A DNA stretch of 64,000 nucleotides from an uncultured Hyphomicrobiales bacterium (GCA_964413155.1 CAYPRT010000008.1:53-64052); one strand, 5' to 3'. Numbered from the stretch's first letter, positions 36,581-46,947 are shown. The notes: generated from the sequence alone by a model not told the origin. A program made the numbers and translations.

Positions 36581-38779
36581 TTATAAAAGTGGAGCAAGAA
36601 TAAGTGCCACAATTGAAATTAATTTTATTAGAATATTTAACGATGGTCCAGCTGTATCTTTAAGTGGGTCACCAACAGTATCGCCAACGACAGCGGACTT
36701 GTATGGGTCAGATTTTTTGTTATACTGAACACCATCGAAAACGACACCTTCTTCGAACATCTTCTTTGCATTGTCCCAGGCTCCGCCAGCATTTGCTTGA
36801 AAGATAGCCATTAGAACACCAGTTACTGTGACCCCAGCTAATAATCCACCGAGTGCTTCCTTCCCGAAGAAGGGTAAAAATCCGATTACAATAGGTGAAA
36901 TAATAGCAAGTAGGCTTGGCAATATCATTTGCCGAATAGCACCTTTAGTAGCAATTGCAACGCATTTTTCATATTCTGCCTTGCCATCGGCTGCTTCGAA
37001 AGTTGCTATGTCTTCCTTCGCCCATTCTGATTTTGGTTTATCGCCTACTCTTTTCATTACTTCTAATGCTGCTTTCAATGCAGGAATTTCCGAAAATTGA
37101 CGACGAACTTCTTTAACCATAAACATTGCTGCGCGACCAACAGCTCCGATTGCAAGACCAGAAAAGATAAAGGGTAGGAGAGCCCCAATAAATAGTCCAG
37201 CAATTACATTTGCTTTGGAAATATCGATGGTTGGAATTTTTGCTGCTGTCATATATGCACCAAAAAGGGCAAGAGCAGTCAATGCTGCCGAACCGATTGC
37301 AAAGCCTTTGCCTATGGCAGCTGTGGAATTTCCAACAGCGTCTAGTTTATCAGTTCTTCCGCGCACTTCGGGTGGAAGTTCAGACATTTGAGCAATTCCA
37401 CCAGAATTATCAGCAATTGGTCCGTAGGCATCGGTTGATAGTTGAATTCCTGTAGTTGCAAGCATTCCCACTGCTGATATAGCAATTCCATATAAACCAG
37501 CTAATTCAAATGAACCAATTATTGCAAAGGCGATGAGAAGGATGGGTAAAGCAGTAGATAGCATACCAGTAGAAATTCCAGCCAGGATATTAGTTGCAGT
37601 CCCCGTTAAGCTCTTTTCTACAATTTTTCTTACTGGTGGTTTACCCGACCCGGTGTAATATTCAGTGATGAGTCCAATTCCAACTCCAGCGATTAAGCCA
37701 AAAATGGTAGCAAGGTAAACACCCCAAGAATAAACAACAAAAGTTTTTCCATAAAGAGGGTCTTGGTAGGTAAATGATTTTGGCAATAACCAAGTAATAA
37801 TTAAGTAGGAAGAGATTAGCATTAGGGCATTTGCGACAAAAGTTCCGATGTTTAAACCTGCCTGTGGGTTTCCACCTTCTTTTACTCGTACAAAGAAAGT
37901 ACCAATTACTGAGACAATAATTCCAGCACCTGCAAGGAATAATGGCAAAAGTACTGCTGACAATCCTTTGAAAGCAGTATTCTGGAATTCTGGCAAATTA
38001 TAGAAAACTGTACCAAGAACCATTGTACCAACAATTGCGCCAATATATGATTCAAATAGGTCGGCACCCATTCCAGCAACATCGCCCACGTTATCGCCAA
38101 CGTTATCGGCAATTGTAGCAGGGTTTAGTGGGTGGTCTTCGGGAATTCCTGCTTCAATTTTACCGACAAGGTCGGCACCAACATCGGCACTTTTAGTATA
38201 GATACCCCCACCAACACGAGCGAACAAAGCTATAGAGGAAGCACCAAAAGAAAATCCAGTGATAACATTTATAACTTTAACTAATAATTGTTGACTTTCG
38301 TAACCAAAGATATTTAAGTAAATTAGTAATAATATACTTAAGCCAGTTACTCCAATTCCCACTACTGCCATTCCCATAACAGAACCACCAGCGAATGCTA
38401 CTTTAAGAGCATCGTTCAAACTTTTTCGAGCTGCATTTGTAGTTCGTGCATTCGATTTTGTTGCTATCTTCATACCTACCCAACCAGCGAGTCCCGAACA
38501 AAATGCTCCAATAAGAAACGAAACTGCAAGCAAGGGTGAAGAAACTTCGAGTGAACTTCCTTGAATTGCTAATAATATTGCAATTAGGACGAGAAAAATA
38601 GCAATAACTTGGTATTCGGTTTTCAAAAATGCCATTGCGCCCCGGGAAATGTAGTTCATTAATTTTATCATTCGCTCATTGCCTGGGTCCTGTTTGTTAA
38701 TCCAGGCAGTTTTCCAAATGGTATAAAGGATTCCAATAATCCCAAAAGCTGGAATTAGATAGAAAAGTGTGAAATCCAC
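36581..38779 (-). CDS. hppA: membrane-bound proton (or sodium)-translocating pyrophosphatase
   Basis: 732 aa polytopic protein; H+-PPase motifs ([34 protein letters not shown]). Confidence 0.92.
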   Translation of the reverse strand: MDFTLFYLIPAFGIIGILYTIWKTAWINKQDPGNERMIKLMNYISRGAMAFLKTEYQVIAIFLVLIAILLAIQGSSLEVSSPLLAVSFLIGAFCSGLAGWVGMKIATKSNARTTNAARKSLNDALKVAFAGGSVMGMAVVGIGVTGLSILLLIYLNIFGYESQQLLVKVINVITGFSFGASSIALFARVGGGIYTKSADVGADLVGKIEAGIPEDHPLNPATIADNVGDNVGDVAGMGADLFESYIGAIVGTMVLGTVFYNLPEFQNTAFKGLSAVLLPLFLAGAGIIVSVIGTFFVRVKEGGNPQAGLNIGTFVANALMLISSYLIITWLLPKSFTYQDPLYGKTFVVYSWGVYLATIFGLIAGVGIGLITEYYTGSGKPPVRKIVEKSLTGTATNILAGISTGMLSTALPILLIAFAIIGSFELAGLYGIAISAVGMLATTGIQLSTDAYGPIADNSGGIAQMSELPPEVRGRTDKLDAVGNSTAAIGKGFAIGSAALTALALFGAYMTAAKIPTIDISKANVIAGLFIGALLPFIFSGLAIGAVGRAAMFMVKEVRRQFSEIPALKAALEVMKRVGDKPKSEWAKEDIATFEAADGKAEYEKCVAIATKGAIRQMILPSLLAIISPIVIGFLPFFGKEALGGLLAGVTVTGVLMAIFQANAGGAWDNAKKMFEEGVVFDGVQYNKKSDPYKSAVVGDTVGDPLKDTAGPSLNILIKLISIVALILAPLL

Positions 38780-38918
38780 TTAATAACTCCTTTAATTGAA
38801 CAAAATAAAAGTCGCAAAATTAACAAAAACAACTTTTTTATTTAAATTGTCAAAATTATTATTAATTCAAAAAGGTGGTTTATGGTTTTAGACTTTTATA
38901 ATCAAATTGTTGTAATAT

Positions 38919-39779
38919 TCACAAATAATTGTAAGGATTAGGTGAATATTTATCCCGTAATATTTTGGAATATATTTCTGGAATGGGCACATATATTTTC
39001 GAGACTAACCAAATAGCAAAAATTAGTGCGATGGTTGATAAAATTCCGCCTTCGATTCCAAAATTTCCCCCAAAAAAGGTACTATTTAAAGATGCAATTT
39101 TTGTCTTGAACAATTCAATGTCGTAGCTTATGCCGCTGATTGGGGAATCAATTAGAAACTCTTGCCAAAAATTCCAACCAAAATGGAAACCAATTGGTAG
39201 CCATAACATATATGTTCGGATAAACATTATTGAAAGCAAAATGCTTGCAAGGAATAAATTTAAAATTGAAATTCTGGAAAGATGGGGATTGAAGAAATGA
39301 AAAGCTGCAAAAGTAAGTGAAAAAATAAAAATAGCAAAGGCTTCGCCCTTACTTTCAACTAATTTTTGAAAGAGGATTCCACGAAAAACTAACTCTTCGG
39401 TTGCTGAAGCAAAAAGAATAAAAAGTGTGGCATTTATAAGCTTTTCGAAACCAATAGGTTGTATCTCGATTTTAAATTGCAAAAGAAATACTAACAAGGG
39501 AATAAAGAAAAATAGCGGAAGTAAAAACCCTGACAAAAAGTGGCTAATCGAATATTTATTTAATATTAATCCAAAAAAATGCCACTTTCGATAATCTTGA
39601 AGATATAGCACATTTAGATTTGCGATAAAGGCAGAAGTTAACGTTGCTAATGGAAAAAAGATGTTAAGAACAAAAAGGAGGAAAAAAGCGGAAATCGAAA
39701 AGGACATTATGAAAATTAAGAAAGCAGCAATCCAACTTTCTCGCCAAAATGAATAAATTTTGCTCTTTGTAATCTTCAT
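38919..39779 (-). CDS. CPBP-family intramembrane glutamic endopeptidase (CAAX protease / Abi family)
   Basis: Motif 1 EExxxR (ATEELVFRG), motif 2 FxxxH (FAAFHF), motif 3 HxxxN (HFGWN); polytopic. Confidence 0.8.
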   Translation of the reverse strand: MKITKSKIYSFWRESWIAAFLIFIMSFSISAFFLLFVLNIFFPLATLTSAFIANLNVLYLQDYRKWHFFGLILNKYSISHFLSGFLLPLFFFIPLLVFLLQFKIEIQPIGFEKLINATLFILFASATEELVFRGILFQKLVESKGEAFAIFIFSLTFAAFHFFNPHLSRISILNLFLASILLSIMFIRTYMLWLPIGFHFGWNFWQEFLIDSPISGISYDIELFKTKIASLNSTFFGGNFGIEGGILSTIALIFAIWLVSKIYVPIPEIYSKILRDKYSPNPYNYL

Positions 39780-39985
39780 TAACTTTGTTGTGGGGATTGC
39801 TTCTTTAAGTTTTCAATGTGTTTTTCAATAGCTTGACGCATTAGTTGGACAACTTGCTCGTGTTCAGTTCCGTTTATCATTAAGTTTAATTGGGGACAAT
39901 ACGAAGCATAGTCGTTGTCGCCTCTGCGCCGAACATAAATTTCATAATCGAAAGGATCCAAAGAGTTTAACTTTTTAACACTCAT
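39779..39985 (-). CDS. small HicB-like (UPF0150, RNase-H-like fold) protein with no C-terminal DNA-binding domain
   Basis: 68 aa; DYEIYVRRRGDNDYASYCPQLNLMINGTEHEQVVQLMRQAIEKHIE resembles the HicB_N/UPF0150 pattern; its stop overlaps the CPBP start by 1 nt. Confidence 0.4.
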   Translation of the reverse strand: MSVKKLNSLDPFDYEIYVRRRGDNDYASYCPQLNLMINGTEHEQVVQLMRQAIEKHIENLKKQSPQQS

Positions 39986-40053
39986 TTTAATTTAATTCAT
40001 TTCAAAAAAACAAACTTACAAAAGTTTAAGCAGACAATTAAACACAAATTATT

Positions 40054-40103
40054 AATAATTGCTAATTTTGTTTTTTAATTATAAATAATTGCTAATTTTG
40101 TTG
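40054..40103 (+). promoter_or_regulatory. two direct 18-20 bp repeats (ATAATTGCTAATTTTGTT) 30 bp apart, each containing a TAnnTTTG -7-like element; putative tandem promoters or operator upstream of trkA
   Basis: Perfect 18-bp direct repeat seen directly; TAATTTTG at 40093-40100 lies 26 nt upstream of the trkA ATG. Confidence 0.45.
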
Positions 40104-40126
40104 TTTAAGTTATTTTTAAAATATTA

Positions 40127-40819
40127 ATGACTAAAAAGTTTTGTGTTATAGGGTTGGGCTATTTTGGGATGCATCTTGCTTTGCGTCTAAGCGAATTAGG
40201 AGCAGAGGTTCTTGCCATTGATAATCACCAAGAAGTGATCGACAAGATTAGCGACCGAGTTGCTCATGCAGTTTGTATGAATGCCACCGACGAAAGGGCA
40301 CTTAAGAGCCTTGGACTAAAAGAAATGGACGCTGTTATTGTTGCTATTGGGGAAGGTTTCGAAAGTTCGATTATGACTACTGCTATTCTGCAGGAAATAG
40401 GTGTGAAAACAATCTATAATCGGGTGACTTCCCCAATCCACGAAAGAATTCTAAGGTTAATGAATGTGACAGGATTGCTTTTACCCGAGGCTGATGCAGC
40501 TGAGCAACTTGCAAGTCGGCTTTTGCTACCCGGCGTTTTGCATTCATATTTGATTTCCGATGAGTATGGAATTTTTGAATTCGAAACTCCCGAAAAGTTT
40601 CACAATATGACACTCGAGCAAATAAATTTACGCCGAAAATACAATCTTAATTTAATTACTTTGAAAAGGATTAAGAAATCCGGCGGGTTGCTTAGCCTTG
40701 GTGAGTATGAGGAATATGAAGTGCTTGGAGTTCCAACACCGGATTTAATTCTTTCCGAAGGTACTATTATGGTTCTTTTTGGCAAAGAAGAAGATGTGAA
40801 AAACTTGCTTAATGTTTAA
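40127..40819 (+). CDS. trkA: TrkA/KtrA-family K+ transport regulatory protein (TrkA-N NAD-binding plus TrkA-C)
   Basis: Rossmann motif VIGLGYFGMHLALRL; C-terminal TrkA-C domain. Confidence 0.85.
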   Translation: MTKKFCVIGLGYFGMHLALRLSELGAEVLAIDNHQEVIDKISDRVAHAVCMNATDERALKSLGLKEMDAVIVAIGEGFESSIMTTAILQEIGVKTIYNRVTSPIHERILRLMNVTGLLLPEADAAEQLASRLLLPGVLHSYLISDEYGIFEFETPEKFHNMTLEQINLRRKYNLNLITLKRIKKSGGLLSLGEYEEYEVLGVPTPDLILSEGTIMVLFGKEEDVKNLLNV

Positions 40820-42737
40820 TCTTCGAAGGATATTGCTTTTGGTTATTGGTTCATTTACCAATATTTCAAATTTATCTAAACATTTCATATTTCTCTGTTC
40901 TATAGTTTTACTTTTTTTTTGTACTTGTGAAATTTTTGCAGTCGATTTTGAATGGTCTGAACCTTTGAACTTACGCAATATTAATTCCACAGAAGATGAT
41001 TTTGCTCCACAGTGGAATAAATTCGAAAATCGACTTTATTTTTCCTCCCTTCGAAAAGGCAAATCAAAATTTTATGTTTCCAATTTTGAAGGTAATGGAT
41101 TTTCGCTTCCGAATGAATTAAAAGACCCGATTAATCGAGGCACTGGCAATGTTTCTTATATTTCTTTTTTATCCGAAACTGAAGCGATTTTAAATGCCTA
41201 TCGAAAAGGTTATCGACAGGCTTACTTGAATTTGTTTTATTCATTGCGACGAAACGGTTTATGGCAGAAACCATTCCCGCTCGATAGTCTTGAATGTGAA
41301 TGTTTTGTCCTTCACCCAACAATTTCTCCCGATGGAAGCTTTATGATTTATTCATCAAACAAGGATGGATTTAGTAAAGACCTTGATTTGTATGTTGCAT
41401 ACAGGTTAGAAAATGGTGTCTGGGGTAATCAAGAAAGGCTAGATGAGTTAAATACAGATGGTGATGAAATAACTCCATTTTTAGCTGCCAACGATACATT
41501 GTATTTTGCAAGCAATGGCTATGGTGGACCAGGTGGATTCGATATTTTTTTTAGTGTCCGAAAAGGGAATAGCTGGTCGAAACCTTATCCTTTGAATAGT
41601 CTGAATACTCGATTTAATGAATCTGATTTTGTAATTCTGAATGATACAATTGCTTTGTTTATTTCAGACCGACCAGATGGGGTTGGAAAACTGGATATCT
41701 ATTCTGCGAAACGAAGACCAATTGCGGATACCACCTCAAAAGTTGTCCAAAAGCTTGAAATTGGTCTTTCAGTTCAAGTTCCTTTCATACGCCTCGAGAC
41801 CGAGTTTTTGTATGACTTTGCGCAATTTCCAACAAAAGTTGTTCAAACGGAGAGAATTAAAGAAATTAATTTGAATTTTGATGAAAATGATATATTAACT
41901 TACAATGATATTATTGAAAATATAATCTCTTTATTCTTTGCTCGATGGAAAAAACAACAGATTTTTGTTACTATTGCTTTCGATACAAGCGATACTCGAT
42001 TAAGAAAAATTCTGATGAATGCTTTAGAATTACTAAGCAATAAGTTTCCAGATGTTTATGAGAAAATCAAATTTCTGAATTCAACTGATGGTAATCTTTA
42101 TTTTTTAAGCGATGATTTAAATTTTTTTAAACCAGTTAAGATATTGAATAAGAAGTGGTCGCTCGACCCTCCAGTTCTTGAAGTTTCAGCTTTTGCAAAG
42201 CCAAATGAGTTTGTCAGAAGATGGGAATTGCGGTTACGAAATACTAATATTTTTAAAAATGGGGATAGTATACCATACCTAATAAGGATTGACTTATCGA
42301 AAGAAACAAAGTTTAATAACTTTCTAACCGATACTCTTTACATCGATTTTGTTGTCTATGATACTTTTTCAAATAAAAACCAAACAAGTTATCCAATTTT
42401 AATTAACCAGTCCAAGGCAATTTTGAGGCAAACTTATAACTATAAAAATAAAGTTTACGAAAGAGTTTATCTGTCGGACATAGAAAACAATAATTCCCCA
42501 AGTTTTGTTGTTCTTATTAACGAAATTTCCGAGTATCGAGATTACATTAATGGCATTGAAATTTTAACCAATCAAAAGGATTTGCAATCAAAAATTGGCG
42601 AATTAGTCAATCTTCTGTCCGAGAAACTTCTTTTGAGCAAATCTAAAATTAGTGCACAAGTTAATTCGGAAGAATTTGAGAAATTTTTTGGGAAAATCCC
42701 TGACAATGTTGTAATTATTTTGATTGAAAGGAAATAA
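40812..42737 (+). CDS. hypothetical membrane-anchored protein with WD40-like (PD40/TolB-type) beta-propeller repeats and a 350-aa uncharacterised C-terminal region
   Basis: N-terminal TM/signal segment; repeated ...LYFSS / SPDGSFMIYSS / DTLYFASN PD40-like motifs; overlaps the trkA stop by 8 nt. Confidence 0.5.
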   Translation: MFNLRRILLLVIGSFTNISNLSKHFIFLCSIVLLFFCTCEIFAVDFEWSEPLNLRNINSTEDDFAPQWNKFENRLYFSSLRKGKSKFYVSNFEGNGFSLPNELKDPINRGTGNVSYISFLSETEAILNAYRKGYRQAYLNLFYSLRRNGLWQKPFPLDSLECECFVLHPTISPDGSFMIYSSNKDGFSKDLDLYVAYRLENGVWGNQERLDELNTDGDEITPFLAANDTLYFASNGYGGPGGFDIFFSVRKGNSWSKPYPLNSLNTRFNESDFVILNDTIALFISDRPDGVGKLDIYSAKRRPIADTTSKVVQKLEIGLSVQVPFIRLETEFLYDFAQFPTKVVQTERIKEINLNFDENDILTYNDIIENIISLFFARWKKQQIFVTIAFDTSDTRLRKILMNALELLSNKFPDVYEKIKFLNSTDGNLYFLSDDLNFFKPVKILNKKWSLDPPVLEVSAFAKPNEFVRRWELRLRNTNIFKNGDSIPYLIRIDLSKETKFNNFLTDTLYIDFVVYDTFSNKNQTSYPILINQSKAILRQTYNYKNKVYERVYLSDIENNNSPSFVVLINEISEYRDYINGIEILTNQKDLQSKIGELVNLLSEKLLLSKSKISAQVNSEEFEKFFGKIPDNVVIILIERK

Positions 42738-42808
42738 ACATTTCTATATTTATGCTCATTTTTAATGTTTCTTGTTTTGGTTATTTTAGTGATTATTTTG
42801 GCGGATAA

Positions 42809-43387
42809 ATGAGTAAAATATTTGACCCAAAAAATAAGCACAATCTCGAAAGCGAGGAACGAAAAAGAATTTTGCCACCGGAGGAAATATTAATCTCATC
42901 CGGGCTCAAGAATAGTATGTCTTGTGCCGATATAGGCTGTGGCATTGGGTTTTTTACAATTCCGATGGCGAAAATTGTTGCTCCAAAGGGTAAAGTTTTT
43001 GCCTTCGACATTTCTGATGAAATGTTGCAAGAACTTCGCTCGAAAATTAAATCTGAACAAATTGAAAATATTAGAGTTCTAAAGAGCGAAACTTATTCAT
43101 TACCTATTGATTCTGAATCAGTGGATTTTGCTTTGATTTCCAATGTATTACACGAAGTTGATGACTATCTCAAATTTCTCCTCGAAACAAGAAGGATAAT
43201 GCATTCTGGCGCAAAATTAGTAATTATTGATTGGATTGATAAGGAGACAGAATATGGTCCACCTGTTGACGAGCGATTAAGCGAAACTAAAATACGAGAA
43301 TTACTTTCTTTGTCTAACTTTGTAATTTTGAATTACAAGATTATTTCCGATACATTTCATTACTTTTTATGTGAGAAGAAAGTATGA
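42809..43387 (+). CDS. class I SAM-dependent methyltransferase
   Basis: Motif I ADIGCGIGFF; about 190 aa. Confidence 0.75.
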   Translation: MSKIFDPKNKHNLESEERKRILPPEEILISSGLKNSMSCADIGCGIGFFTIPMAKIVAPKGKVFAFDISDEMLQELRSKIKSEQIENIRVLKSETYSLPIDSESVDFALISNVLHEVDDYLKFLLETRRIMHSGAKLVIIDWIDKETEYGPPVDERLSETKIRELLSLSNFVILNYKIISDTFHYFLCEKKV

Positions 43388-44676
43388 AAAATAATTATAG
43401 TCAAAAGTTATTTGACGAGGCACAGAAGTATATTCCTGGTGGGGTAAATTCACCAGTTCGTGCATTTAAATTCGTTGGTGGGACTCCATTGTTCATAAAA
43501 CGGGGTTTGGGATCGAGAATTTTGGACGTTGATGGGAATGAATTTATTGATTTTGTTGGTAGTTGGGGACCTCATCTTTTTGGACATTTACCGAAATTTG
43601 TAAAACAAGCGATTACAGAAGCTTTAGAAAATGGAACAAGTTTTGGAGCCCCAACGATTCAGGAAATTCGAATCGCCCAGCTAATCACCGAACTTGTTCC
43701 GTCGGTTGAAATGGTGCGCATGGTTAATAGCGGAACGGAAGCAACGATGAGTGCAATTCGTCTTGCTCGCGCTTTCGCTGGAAAAGATAAAATCATTAAG
43801 TTTGCAGGATGTTATCACGGTCATTTTGATTCTTTTCTGGTGAGTGCTGGTTCTGGCGCCTTGACTTTTGGAGTTCCAAATAGTCCAGGAATAACTAATG
43901 GTATTGCGAAAGATACACTTGTAGCAAAATATAACGATTTAGATTCTGTTCTATCGATTGTTGATAAATTTAAGTATGAAATAGCTGCGATAATTGTTGA
44001 ACCTGTTGCAGGGAATATGGGTGTAGTGCCTCCCAAAAAGGGCTTTCTCGAAGGATTAAGACAAATTTGTGATAATTACAAAATAGTTCTTATTTTTGAT
44101 GAAGTTATAACTGGGTTTCGTCTTGCACCAGGAGGTGCTCAGCAATTATATGGTATAAAGCCGGATTTAACAACTTTGGGCAAAATAATTGGTGGGGGAC
44201 TCCCTGTTGGTGCTTTTGGGGGTAAAAGGGAAATAATGGAGATGCTTGCACCAATTGGACCAGTTTATCAGGCAGGAACTTTAAGCGGTAATCCAATTGC
44301 TGTTTCGGCGGGTTTGGCCACTCTTAAATTCATTAAAGAAAATCCACATATTTTCGTGGCGCTCGAAGAAAAATCCAAGATGATTGAAGAAGGAGTTAGA
44401 AACAATTTGGAACTTCTTGGAAAGAGGTTCTCTATTAATCGAGTAGGCTCTATGATGACTTTGTTTTTTACTGAAGAAGAAGTTGTAGACCTTGAAACTG
44501 CTTTAAAATCGAACACAAAATTGTTTGCAGGATATTTTCACAATATGCTTTCAAAAGGGATTTATCTTCCTTGCTCCCAATACGAAGCAATGTTTGTTTC
44601 TTACTCTCTTAATGAAGAGGAAATTCGGTATTTCATCAAAGCAAATTATGAAGCATTATCCGAGGTTTTAAAATGA
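43384..44676 (+). CDS. hemL: glutamate-1-semialdehyde 2,1-aminomutase
   Basis: KLFDEAQKYIPGGVNSPVRAF N-terminus; PLP-lysine region GKIIGGGLPVGAFGG. Confidence 0.92.
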   Translation: MKNNYSQKLFDEAQKYIPGGVNSPVRAFKFVGGTPLFIKRGLGSRILDVDGNEFIDFVGSWGPHLFGHLPKFVKQAITEALENGTSFGAPTIQEIRIAQLITELVPSVEMVRMVNSGTEATMSAIRLARAFAGKDKIIKFAGCYHGHFDSFLVSAGSGALTFGVPNSPGITNGIAKDTLVAKYNDLDSVLSIVDKFKYEIAAIIVEPVAGNMGVVPPKKGFLEGLRQICDNYKIVLIFDEVITGFRLAPGGAQQLYGIKPDLTTLGKIIGGGLPVGAFGGKREIMEMLAPIGPVYQAGTLSGNPIAVSAGLATLKFIKENPHIFVALEEKSKMIEEGVRNNLELLGKRFSINRVGSMMTLFFTEEEVVDLETALKSNTKLFAGYFHNMLSKGIYLPCSQYEAMFVSYSLNEEEIRYFIKANYEALSEVLK

Positions 44677-45455
44677 TAGCATTTGTTACTGCTTTTCTCT
44701 TTCTTCTATTTAGTTGTGCTTCGCAAAAAAATATTCAAATTAATCCAATTGAAAAAAACAGCTCATTTGAATTATTTAAGATTAAAATTGATACTGGAGG
44801 CAAATTTCAAAAGTATCTTTTGTATTTACGCTCAATTCAGCAAGATATTTCCAAGATTAATCCTTACATTGTGAAAGAAGTTTGGACCCAATGCGGGAGC
44901 AAAAGAATTGACTTTGCTCCAGAAAAAATCGAAGAGGAAGGGGAATACAATGTTTTTATTCCCGCTTACTTTTTTTCTGTCGAAACTCGAAAAGATTTGG
45001 ATTCTTTGCAGTGCAATAAAATTAATTTTTTAATAAACAACCAAATTTTAACTTTTGAGCCAAATTTTTCAAAAGTTGATGATAGATTTTTCCCAATTCC
45101 AAAAATATATCGATTGAATGATTCATTATTTCTTTTCACATTAGATTTAATTCGTATTAAACTTTCGGATGAAGAGTATTTCCCAACATCTGAAAGATTG
45201 CGTATTCATATAAAAAATAAGCTCGGGAAAATTGTTTGGAGTTCCGATTTTGACCTTAATTTCCTTCAAATTATTGGAAAAGTTGAACCCGAAGAAGTTG
45301 GAAAGGTCCGAAGGTATTTAGTGCCTTGGAACAGAATTGGCAACGATGGAAAATATGTTGAAAATGGGGAATTTGATGTGGTGTTCATTTTACCAATAAA
45401 ACCCAATAACATTGTTCTTATGGAAAAGTTAATAATAAACAAGGTTGGGAAATGA
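44673..45455 (+). CDS. hypothetical lipoprotein, translationally coupled between hemL and ribD
   Basis: Lipobox LFSC; 4-nt overlaps at both ends (ATGA); no domain recognised. Confidence 0.5.
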   Translation: MIAFVTAFLFLLFSCASQKNIQINPIEKNSSFELFKIKIDTGGKFQKYLLYLRSIQQDISKINPYIVKEVWTQCGSKRIDFAPEKIEEEGEYNVFIPAYFFSVETRKDLDSLQCNKINFLINNQILTFEPNFSKVDDRFFPIPKIYRLNDSLFLFTLDLIRIKLSDEEYFPTSERLRIHIKNKLGKIVWSSDFDLNFLQIIGKVEPEEVGKVRRYLVPWNRIGNDGKYVENGEFDVVFILPIKPNNIVLMEKLIINKVGK

Positions 45456-46570
45456 TCAATAATGTTGATTTAATGAAGCGAGTAATAGAATTAGCAAAGC
45501 TCGGCGGAAACTATGTGAATCCAAATCCAAGAGTTGGCGCTGTAATTGTTAAGAACAACGAAATTGTTTCCGAAGGTTACCATCGTTATTTTGGTGGAAA
45601 ACATGCTGAAATTGTAGCTATTGAAAATGCTGTAAATGTCGATTTAGAAGGAGCCACTTTAGTTGTCAACCTTGAACCTTGCACACATTTTGGTAAAACA
45701 CCACCTTGCGTGGATGCCATCATCGAAAGGAAATTTGCTAAAGTTGTCATTGGTATGGTCGACCCAAATCCTCTTGTTTCTGGGAAAGGTATTCAAAAGC
45801 TTCAAGAGGCTGGAATCCAGGTGGAAGTAGGTGTTCTTGAAAATGAATGCAAGTGGTTAAATCGTTTTTTTGTCAAAAATATTGAAACTGGTGAACCCTA
45901 TGTTATGCTTAAAATTGCACAAACTTTGAATGGAGCTATTGCAACAAGGGAGTATGAATCTAAATGGATTACGTCCGTAGAAAGCAGGGACCACTGTTTA
46001 GAGCTGCGAAGAGAAGTTGATGCTATTCTTGTAGGAAAAACTACTGCATTGAAAGATAATCCATCGCTTTCGCTACATAAACTTGAAGGTAAAGCTCCGT
46101 GGCGAATTATTCTTGACCGTAACCTTTCGCTTCCGCTTGAACTTCAAGTTTTTGTTGACGAAATTCGTAAGCAAACAATAATTGCTGTTGCTGAAGGGCT
46201 TCCGCAAAGTCGAAAACGAGAAAATTTAACTCTTGCTGGGGTTAAAGTTATTGAAATCCCAGTTGAAAATGGAATATTCGACTTGCCCTCTCTTGTTGAT
46301 AAGTTGAAAAATGAGTTTAACATTCATTCAATTATGGTCGAAGGTGGAAGCAAAACTTTATCAAGTTTTATTCAAAACAATCTTTGGGATGAAATTCAGG
46401 TTTTTGTTTCACCAAAAATTTTGCCTGGTGGAATCAATGCTTTCGAGGGCTTTTCTGTTTCGAAACTCAACGAAGCTATTGATTTAGAAGTTATGTGGGT
46501 TGAATCAATTTCAAAAGATTTGCATATCATTGCACTTAACCGAAAGACACAACAATTGTTGAATTTTTAG
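45452..46570 (+). CDS. ribD: bifunctional riboflavin biosynthesis protein RibD (deaminase/reductase)
   Basis: CMP/dCMP deaminase zinc motifs HAEIVAI and LEPCTHFGKTPPC; C-terminal RibD_C reductase domain. Confidence 0.9.
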   Translation: MINNVDLMKRVIELAKLGGNYVNPNPRVGAVIVKNNEIVSEGYHRYFGGKHAEIVAIENAVNVDLEGATLVVNLEPCTHFGKTPPCVDAIIERKFAKVVIGMVDPNPLVSGKGIQKLQEAGIQVEVGVLENECKWLNRFFVKNIETGEPYVMLKIAQTLNGAIATREYESKWITSVESRDHCLELRREVDAILVGKTTALKDNPSLSLHKLEGKAPWRIILDRNLSLPLELQVFVDEIRKQTIIAVAEGLPQSRKRENLTLAGVKVIEIPVENGIFDLPSLVDKLKNEFNIHSIMVEGGSKTLSSFIQNNLWDEIQVFVSPKILPGGINAFEGFSVSKLNEAIDLEVMWVESISKDLHIIALNRKTQQLLNF

Positions 46571-46740
46571 ATATAGTTTTTTTATTCGATTGTGAGTATA
46601 TGGGAAATGATGTTGATTTTACTTTGAGCTATTTAATTGATTATAAAGTCCATTTTGAAACTATAAAAATGAGAAATAATTTTTATTAAAGAAAAACTTC
46701 TTTATTCATTGGAAATTGAATTAATAGTAATTTTGTATTT

Positions 46741-46947
46741 ATGATTTTTTTTAATTATGCTATTAGAGTTATAACTATTTTGGTGGGGTTTTTTTTTCTT
46801 ACTGGCAGGCTTTTTTATGAACATCCATATAAAGTGGAATTGCAAGTGATTGGAGCATTACTTGTTGTTTGGGGTATCTATCGTATTATTTCGTATCGTA
46901 AAGCATTAAAGGAACTTGAGAATGAAGATGAAAATCAAGAGAATTAG
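46741..46947 (+). CDS. small two-TM membrane protein (hypothetical)
   Basis: 68 aa with two hydrophobic helices and an acidic tail; overlaps the next ORF. Confidence 0.3.
   Translation: MIFFNYAIRVITILVGFFFLTGRLFYEHPYKVELQVIGALLVVWGIYRIISYRKALKELENEDENQEN

Noticed and set aside
36522-36728. 68-aa plus-strand ORF over the hppA 3' end and terminator
   Set aside because: Antisense to hppA and containing the terminator hairpin; no signal for a real gene.
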